From NCBI GenBank assembly GCA_963693365.1, contig CAVNZM010000002.1, forward strand, positions 9,149,059 through 9,213,058: 64,000 nt of DNA, read 5' to 3'. The position numbers and the translations under genes are program-made. The notes below the pieces were generated by a model, which searched no databases, was not told the DNA's origin, and was given only the letters and a program-made list of their open reading frames with translations. Source of the DNA: Amoebidium appalachense. Taxonomy: Eukaryota > Protista > Ichthyosporea. Shown here piece by piece: positions 56,486 to 64,000 of the stretch; the stretch's first letter is position 1; every line of letters starts with the position of its first letter.

Positions 56486-58641
56486 ATGGAGGGCCACAAG
56501 CGGATATTTGTGGAGATAGATGGCCGGCCCATGCGGTTCTATCTGCGTCCTTGTGCGCAAAGAGCACACATAAGGCACCTGGTTGAGGTAGGTTCCTTGT
56601 TTGTCGTTTTAACTACACATCCACACCCTGTTGCCTGTGGGTTTAGGTGAGAAAAAGGCCATGGCCAAGCAGGAGATGTTTGGAAATGAGACATGACCTC
56701 AACATAACTGCCTCTTGAATACAGTACAATTCTAGAAAAGAGAAACGGTACTCTGACTGTGCTTGTTTCTTTCTGGAACATGGGTCTCCTTCATAGTGGA
56801 GGCACTCATTCTAAGGGCTTGCTCTCTTACACTTGCGAACACAGACAGGTGGTGGACAGATGACAGACCTAGGGCCCGGTGTGCATCACCTTGCACCCCC
56901 CGACTCCATAAACATGAGGGAGACGGCAATTAGCACCAAGTTTGTAGAAGACAGCAGCGCACAGGGCAGGCTGGTACCGCTTGAGAACTACCGAATGGGG
57001 TGTGTGCTTTGGTGTTTACAGCAAAGAAAGAGAAAGATAATGAAGATTATATTTTCTTAATGATGTTGGCATCTCGGGAAAGACACTTCTCCTGCCTTAG
57101 TGTGTATGCTACAGAAGACAATTGGTCCGGGAAGCCGGAAGTTTTGTGTTGGAGGAACGGCGTTAACCTCCACATCGTGCGCTCTTGCCAACCCTTACAA
57201 AGAAAACATAGGAAGGAAAGCATCAACCATAGTAAGATCAACTCATGAAGCAGAAGGGTCTGAAGGAAGCACGAGCGAGTACGAAGGATACATACATCCA
57301 CAGCTGCTTTGCTCGCTTGCCATGTTATGGACCCAAACCTTAGAAATTCCAGAGCGTACTGTGTCACACTTTTTGCATTTCATAAACCAGCGCCCCGTTT
57401 TGACCAAGCGTCGTCTGTTTGCAGCAATCAACCAGCAGCTGAAGCCAACAGAAGAAGTGGGGTCTCCGATAATGATGGCTGGATTACATCGAATGGCCCA
57501 AGGTATGCCCCAAATAACCCTCCCCCCCCCCCCCCCCCCCCCCACCCCACCCTCCCACCCCACCCCCCCAATACACACAAACACATGCGCACCCGCGGGC
57601 CCCTCGAACAAGCCCCCTTCCCTGCATTCCCCCCTCCACCCCCCTCCCCACCCCCCCCTCCCCCTTCCCCCTCCCTCCCCCGGGCAATCTCAAACTCACG
57701 GGCATATGCTGATTAAAAAAATTATGCACCCTCGTGTGTGCCTCCATTTTCACATACATACCCCCCTCCCCCTCCCCCCTTCTCCCCCGGCTCACTCCGT
57801 AACGCCACCGCTCACAATACACATGCATGCATGGTTTCGCGCACACTCACAATCACACAGGCACATAGGCCCACGCCAGTTCGTGCTTCATTATGATCCT
57901 GTTCCCCTCAGTCCCATATAACTTAGTCCTTTTCTTATTGAGCTCATCATTCCCGTAATGTGTTGACTTGCCCCATATACCGATCACCTCCATACTTTTT
58001 TTGCCACACTCCCGTGTCTGCCCTTCATATCCTATCCCTCTTTTTTCAATCCATAAGATCTTCTGCTTACTCGATTGAATCAATGTGGTCCTGCCTGGTT
58101 ACTACCCCCCCCCCCCCCCCCCCCCCCCCCACCCCCTTCCCCCTGCCGTCCTTCCCCAAATTCTTCTCCCCTACCCTCTTCTCTTCTTCTCGCCGTGCCT
58201 TCCCCCACTGCAAACCTTACTCACACCATTCAGCTCTCGAAGTCCACCACCTACGTACACATTACCACCAGCAGCCTAATTTGCTCTTTCTCAATTCCCA
58301 GAACTTTCCTCATGCCCGTATTTTTATTTATTCATTTATTAGTATTATTATTATTATTATGCTATTTATTTGTTTGTTAACTTTGGTAATTCCCTCCGTT
58401 TTTTGTTTTGCAGGTCGGGAACCAACGCTGCTGCTGCCGCCCCTGTGTCATCCGTTTTCCGGGACGGGCGGAGAGGGGGGCGGATGGCGTACACCAAGTG
58501 GGAGGACAGAGACATATTTCAGTTTCTGGTGGACCAGAGGAATGGGGAGCACAAGCAGGGGGGTGACAACCTGTACAGGAAGATGTCCACAAAGGTAAAT
58601 GGCAGAGCCCCCCTCCTTGCCCTCCCCCTCTAGACTCTCTT

Positions 58642-58675
<34 letters not shown>

Positions 58676-59389
58676 GGGGGGGGGGGAGGGATCCGGTGAG
58701 AGGAACCCTAATGTCCGTGCCTTGGCCTTGATGAGGATGAATGTGCAAGGGGTGTCCCCGGGGGGGGGGGGGGGGGATGCAAATGATTGCACATCCCGAC
58801 TTTCCATCCGAGGAAAAGGCTTGAACGACAGGGGGAGTGGATGGTGGTGGGGGGGGGGGGGGGTTGATAATAGTTGCCGCAACCAACTATAATACGTACA
58901 GAAACACTAAGACTAAACAAAGGAGCCTAACAACCAATCAGAAATAAAGAATAAAGCCGTAAGACCAGCAATATAAGCCCAAAACCAAACAGCAATTTGT
59001 AAAACCAACAAGATTCTTCGGGGAAAAAAACCGACCGGTGTATTCTTTGCAGGTACTAGGGAGGACGTGGCAGTCGCTCAAGGAGAGATACAAGAAGAAG
59101 CTGCGTGAATACTACCAAGACCTGCTGGATGCTGGTTGGGTCATTGTCATCTACGAGGATGGTGCGTTTTATTCAGTTATTTTTTTTTGTATGTGCCCAT
59201 GCATACACGTGTGTGCGTGTAAGGAAGGAGAGAGGGGGGGGGGGGGGGGGGTTGGGGGTTCGAAAGGAAAGGGTAGAAGTTTTGAGGGCGAGGAGAAAAG
59301 GGTCAGTGGACGGGGGGGGGCACTTGGGTGTATGTGTTTTTTCTTTTCTTTTTTTTTTTCTTTTTTTTTTTGTGTGTGTGTGTGTGTGG

Positions 59390-59423
<34 letters not shown>

Positions 59424-60810
59424 GGGGGGGTGATGGGATGTGTGGTATCTGAACCCTCGATGAATATCAGGCGGCTATTTATTTATTTTTTTTGGGGGGG
59501 GGGGAGAGGGGGGGGGGAGGAGCATGGGTAGTGGGGTTGTCCGCGCGTGGGGGGAGGGGGAGGAGGGGTAAAAGTTAGTGCGTGTCAAGAGGGTAACAGC
59601 TTGTGCGCTTCATGGGGGGCAAGTATGTTCGTAGGAAGGTGATGTTTCCAAGCACAACCATGTCTTTTTATTGTATCAATATCTGTTTGGATGTGTTTGC
59701 GATTAGCCAGGTGTGTTTTTGGCATGTGCATGTGTCTCATTCGAACCTTGTGTATGATAATGGCCACCAATGGATACACATAAACGGGTGGCATACAAAC
59801 GCGCACACGCTCGTGCGCACACACATGTGTTTGGATTCCCAAACGTCTATCTGTTTGCTTGCCTTTCTTTCCCCCCCCCCCCCCCCCCCCCTCCATCCCC
59901 CCCCCCCCCCCCCCCCCCCCCAAAACACACACACACAGCCCCTTCCCTTCCCCTTTCATGATCCCCCCCCCCCCCCCCTCCCCCCCCTTTCCCCCACCCA
60001 CCCACCCACACACATCCAACCCGCACCCCGCCACACACACACACACCACACCACCATCATCGAGGAAACCACTCACACCTGACAAACTTGGATCGATTTA
60101 CAGGACCAGTCAAGTTTTCGCTCGTTGATGGCAAGGTTGAGTGCGATCAGACTGAACCAGACCAGGTGGCTGCAGTGGTGGTGGGCATCCTCCCCCCAAC
60201 ACGCACACGTACACGTACACACACACACATACATCACCCTTCCTCGGCGTGTGCATGTGTGTGTATACACACCTATGCATGCACGACCTTCATAATGCAC
60301 ACGTATCGTCCACCACCACCGACTGTCGTGTTTCCGAGGTGTTATCTTTCTCTCCGTTCAATAATTGGTTAATGAGGGATGGTCACCTTGCCAGGGGGAT
60401 TGATGGGGTTGGGGGGGGGGGGGGGGGGGGGGGGGGATGGAGATGAGAGAGATGGGGTGGAGATGAGAAGAAGAAAAAGAAGGAGAGATTGCCGGGGGAT
60501 GTTTTGAGAATATAAGTAATGAAGAGTGAGAAACCAAATGGCGCGGGGGGGGGGGGGGGGGGGGGGAGGGGGAGAGAAACCAGAAAAAGTAAGCTGATTG
60601 GAGATCGCGATCAGCGACCAATCAGACGGCAGCAAGCAGTTGGTGACGACATTGAAGACTTCGACGCAACACCGGATAGGCCACGGCCACAGCCACAGGC
60701 TGAAGGTGGGTGGATGAAGAGAACTAGTCTCGTGGTCTTTTTTTTTTTTTTTTTTTTTTTTTGTGGTTTTGTTGTTACCCATAGACACACACACACACAG
60801 ACACACACAC

Positions 60811-60870
<60 letters not shown>

Positions 60871-61909
60871 GGAGGGAGGGAGGGAGGGAGGGAGGGAGAG
60901 AGGTGTTGGGGGGGGGGGGGGGGGGGGGGGGGGGTTGTGAATGGACTTCTTATTTCCCGTGGGGAGTGGATGGGGGGGGCGGGAGGGGGGGGGGGACGGT
61001 TTTGAGGAGTATTCCTGTCTGATGGAAACGTCTACCTAGCCAAATTCACACGTTTTCCTTATTAGACACCTCGACCCTCCTCCCCCCCCCCCCCCCCCCC
61101 CCCCCCCCAAACCTCTTTCACTGGCAGCCACAAGCATGGTTAATCCTCCAGAAATGGAATCAGCTCAATCCCCTTTTTGCCTTTTATCACCGAATCCTCT
61201 TTTTTTCCCTCCTGCTCTCGTGGACTGTAAGGCGTGTCAGCCCATACAAGGAGATGCGCAGCATTTTTGAATTCCGGGCTTATAGTTTCCTTTTTCACCT
61301 TGCGTTGGTTGTGTCCTCCCCCCCCCCCCCCCCCCCCCCCCTCCCTCCTCCTCCCCGCGTTCTCCTTCCCCGCTAATACATTCAGATTTGGCAGGGTTTT
61401 TTTTTCGTGCTCTTTCTTTTTCACCCTAGCCTGATTTTTCTCTCTCTCTCCTTCCCCCCCCCCCCCCCCCCCCCCCCCCCCCTTTCACCTTAAAAGAAGA
61501 AGCACCGTCAACGACTACAGATGCCGTCGACACCCAGAACCAACGTGGATTCTACCCACCACTCATGAACCCCTCGGAGCCAGAGCAACGGGTACCCACC
61601 CGAACCGCCGTCGAAAAGACAAACGAAAGGAGAAAAGAGAACGATAACACACGTGGGGATGAGCCGAAAGAGCAGGGACAGGGGGATGACGGAGGTGGGG
61701 GTGGTTGGGGGAGAGAACCGCAGAGGGGTACGGACACTGCAAGGGATATGGACGTGGATAGTGTGTCTGCGCATTCTCAGGTCTGAAATCCCCCCCGCCC
61801 CCCGCCCCGCCCCACTTTTCAATCCTAGTTGGGGGTGCAAATGAATGAGATTGTGTCGGGAAAGTGAGAGGTGTGTGTGTGTCTGGAGAGTTGGTGGGTT
61901 GGGTGGTTT

Positions 61910-61945
<36 letters not shown>

Positions 61946-63115
61946 GTGAGAGAGACGTAGATCCACATTATACGGACCAGCATACAGACAGACTTGCATG
62001 CACCCAAAGAACTTTGTTTTGCTAGGGAGCCCGTGTTGATTTCTTTGACTTAACGTGCTTTCTCAAGTATTCTTCCGTTTTGGGGGACGGAGGATGGTCA
62101 ATGCATTGTTTCTGTGTAGTACCTTTTTGAACGAGGAGGGGGAGGGGGGGGGATGTTTATTGACGATTTATAAGCCCCTTTTTAGCATAATTCGATGTTT
62201 TTGTGTGGGTGTCTTTTTTTTGGGGGGAGGGGGGGGGAGTGGGGGGGCATATGTGTAGGGCGGTGCTGATATATGTAGCAGGAATGCCATACATACACAT
62301 TCGTGTGTGTGTGGGTGGGTGTTGTGGGTGTGTGTGTATGTGTGGGTGTGTGGGTGTGTGTGTGTGTGTGTGTCTCCAAATATTGGGCTGTGCTACGGCA
62401 TGTATACCTACATGTACATGTTCAAATCTAGGCTACGCTGACATGTGTGTGTATAATTTTTTTTTCTACGCACACTGCAGGGTGACAGCGAAAGCCAATC
62501 ACCTGCACCCCTACACACATCCCAAGACGTGCACCGTGTTGGGTTGGTTCTTTCTGCACTGCAGCAGCTGTGTGACCCCCCCGTATCGGTGGAGGTGGTG
62601 ATTGCCGCACTGATGGCAACAAGCGGAAACATTGAAGACACATGTTATTTTTTGAAAAACAAGAGACCGAGAGATGGTATGGAGGAGGGAGGGAAGGGGA
62701 GGGGGTTGGGAGAGGGAAAGGGGGAAGGATGTTGGATGGGAGGCGTGGGGGGGGGGGGGGAGGGGGGGGGGATGGGGGCGGGAAGGATGGTGGGGTTGGG
62801 GGTGAAAGGGGAGGGGGGAAGGGCCCGTGTGGGGGGAGGAGAGGGGGAGGGGGGGGGGGGGGCTCCGTTTGAATGGTTGTTGCACTGGGAGTGTGTCTGT
62901 TGTTTGAGTGTGGGGTGGATGGGGTGTGGCAGGGGTATAACCCTTTCCCCCGCCTCCAAAAACACACACACACACTACACATATTCCCCACCCATGCCCC
63001 CCCTTCATGCTCCCTCCTTCCTCCTTCCTCTAACAAATGGTTGCCAACAATCAACCGTGTGGTCTCTCTCTCTCTCCCTCCCTCCCTCCCTCCGTCTCTC
63101 CGTCTCTCCCTCCCT

Positions 63116-63146
<31 letters not shown>

Positions 63147-63205
63147 CCCCCTCTTTCTCTCTCTCCTTCCCTCCCTCCCTCCCTCCCTCTCTCCCTCCCT
63201 CCCTC

Positions 63206-63240
<35 letters not shown>

Positions 63241-63385
63241 TCTCTCTCTCCCTCCCTCCCTCCCTCCCTCCCTCCCTCCCTCCCTCCCTCCCTCCCTCTT
63301 TTTCTTTTTTCTTTTCCTTTTTATTTTTATTGGGGGGGGGGGGGGGGGTTGAGTTTGATTAGGTCGAACACATGGATTCGGCTTT

Positions 63386-63416
<31 letters not shown>

Positions 63417-63704
63417 GGATATGATACTCCACTTTCCCGCCGGTGGTATTCAGTTGGCAAAAGGCATCCTATTGTTGTTGCTGCTGTGTGTGTGTGTGTT
63501 TGGGGGGGGGGGGGGGGGGGGGGGGGGGAGGAGGGCGGCATCCAAAAATAGTGATTCTGACCCAATAAATTTACAGGGACTGTATTTTGGACCTACGAGA
63601 TGGATAGGCCGCTGGATGGGGTCGATGCGGTTGCCATAGCAACACACATACAGGACTTGGGGGAGTCGGAGGTCAACACACGCATAACATTCCTGGAGAC
63701 GTGA
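56486..63704 (+). CDS. TERF2IP: telomeric RAP1 / TRF2-interacting protein (BRCT, Myb, acidic linker, RCT)
   Basis: Exons 56486-56587, 56845-56999, 57425-57502, 58414-58594, 59053-59161, 60104-about 60180, about 60615-60705, 61497-61780, 62481-62676, 63577-63704 (linker borders uncertain). BRCT: IFVEIDGRPMRFYLRP...GGG...ISTKFVEDS....LENYRMG. Myb: GRMAYTKWED...GDNLYRKM...TWQSLKERYKKKL. RCT: VIAALMATSGNIEDTCYFL...DGTVFW...LGESEVNTRITFL. Confidence 0.92.
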
Positions 63705-63744
63705 TAAGAATATACAACCTGTATATACTGATGGCTATGTGCTC

Positions 63745-63784
<40 letters not shown>

Positions 63785-63787
<3 letters not shown>

Positions 63788-63865
63788 GGCTGCCTTTGCA
63801 GCACACATGCATGACTGGGGGTTGTCGGAGGTCAATACACGCAATACCTTCCTGTAGACGTGATA
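63785..63865 (+). repeat. diverged duplicate of the RAP1 terminal-exon 3' end, after a poly-T run
   Basis: tgcggctgcctttgcagcacacatgcatgac...tcggaggtcaatacacgcaataccttcctgtagacgtgata aligns with 63626-63706. Confidence 0.9.
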
Positions 63866-64000
63866 CCTTTTTATATAGTGAATTATATCTAGTTTGGGGG
63901 TATTAGACAGGGCTAAGAATGTATATAGTGCAGCTGCCATAAACACGACGATATAGCCGTTGAGATAGCTTCATCGTATATTCAACGAGATATACCGAAT

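Noticed and set aside
57100-57921. 273-aa ORF nested in RAP1
   Set aside because: It has no recognisable domain and is out of phase with the flanking exons; only 57425-57502, in another frame, fits the gene.

Overview
Eukaryotic, intron-rich DNA with dense microsatellites and poly-G/poly-C runs; most entries in the ORF track are simple-repeat artefacts. By hand-splicing GT-AG exons with consistent phases I reconstruct four multi-exon genes: mitochondrial threonine dehydratase ILV1 (minus, 15 exons), GPATCH3 (plus, 10 exons), a large coiled-coil protein with an N-terminal dynein-adaptor CC1-box-like motif and a C-terminal Num1/Mcp5-type PH domain (minus, about 18 exons), and a complete animal-like telomeric RAP1/TERF2IP (plus; BRCT-Myb-RCT). 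There is also an intronless MORN-repeat gene. Together these suggest a non-animal opisthokont, possibly a unicellular holozoan (inference). Non-coding features include a TIR MITE, a truncated Penelope-like RT fragment, a diverged foldback element and several minisatellites. The most notable observations are (i) the Num1-like dynein anchor, (ii) recurrent local duplications of exon edges with their splice sites in three genes, and (iii) a G/C-run-flanked repeat family of about 110-140 bp seen only in introns and always in the same orientation relative to the host transcript. All family assignments rest on recalled motifs, not on database searches.
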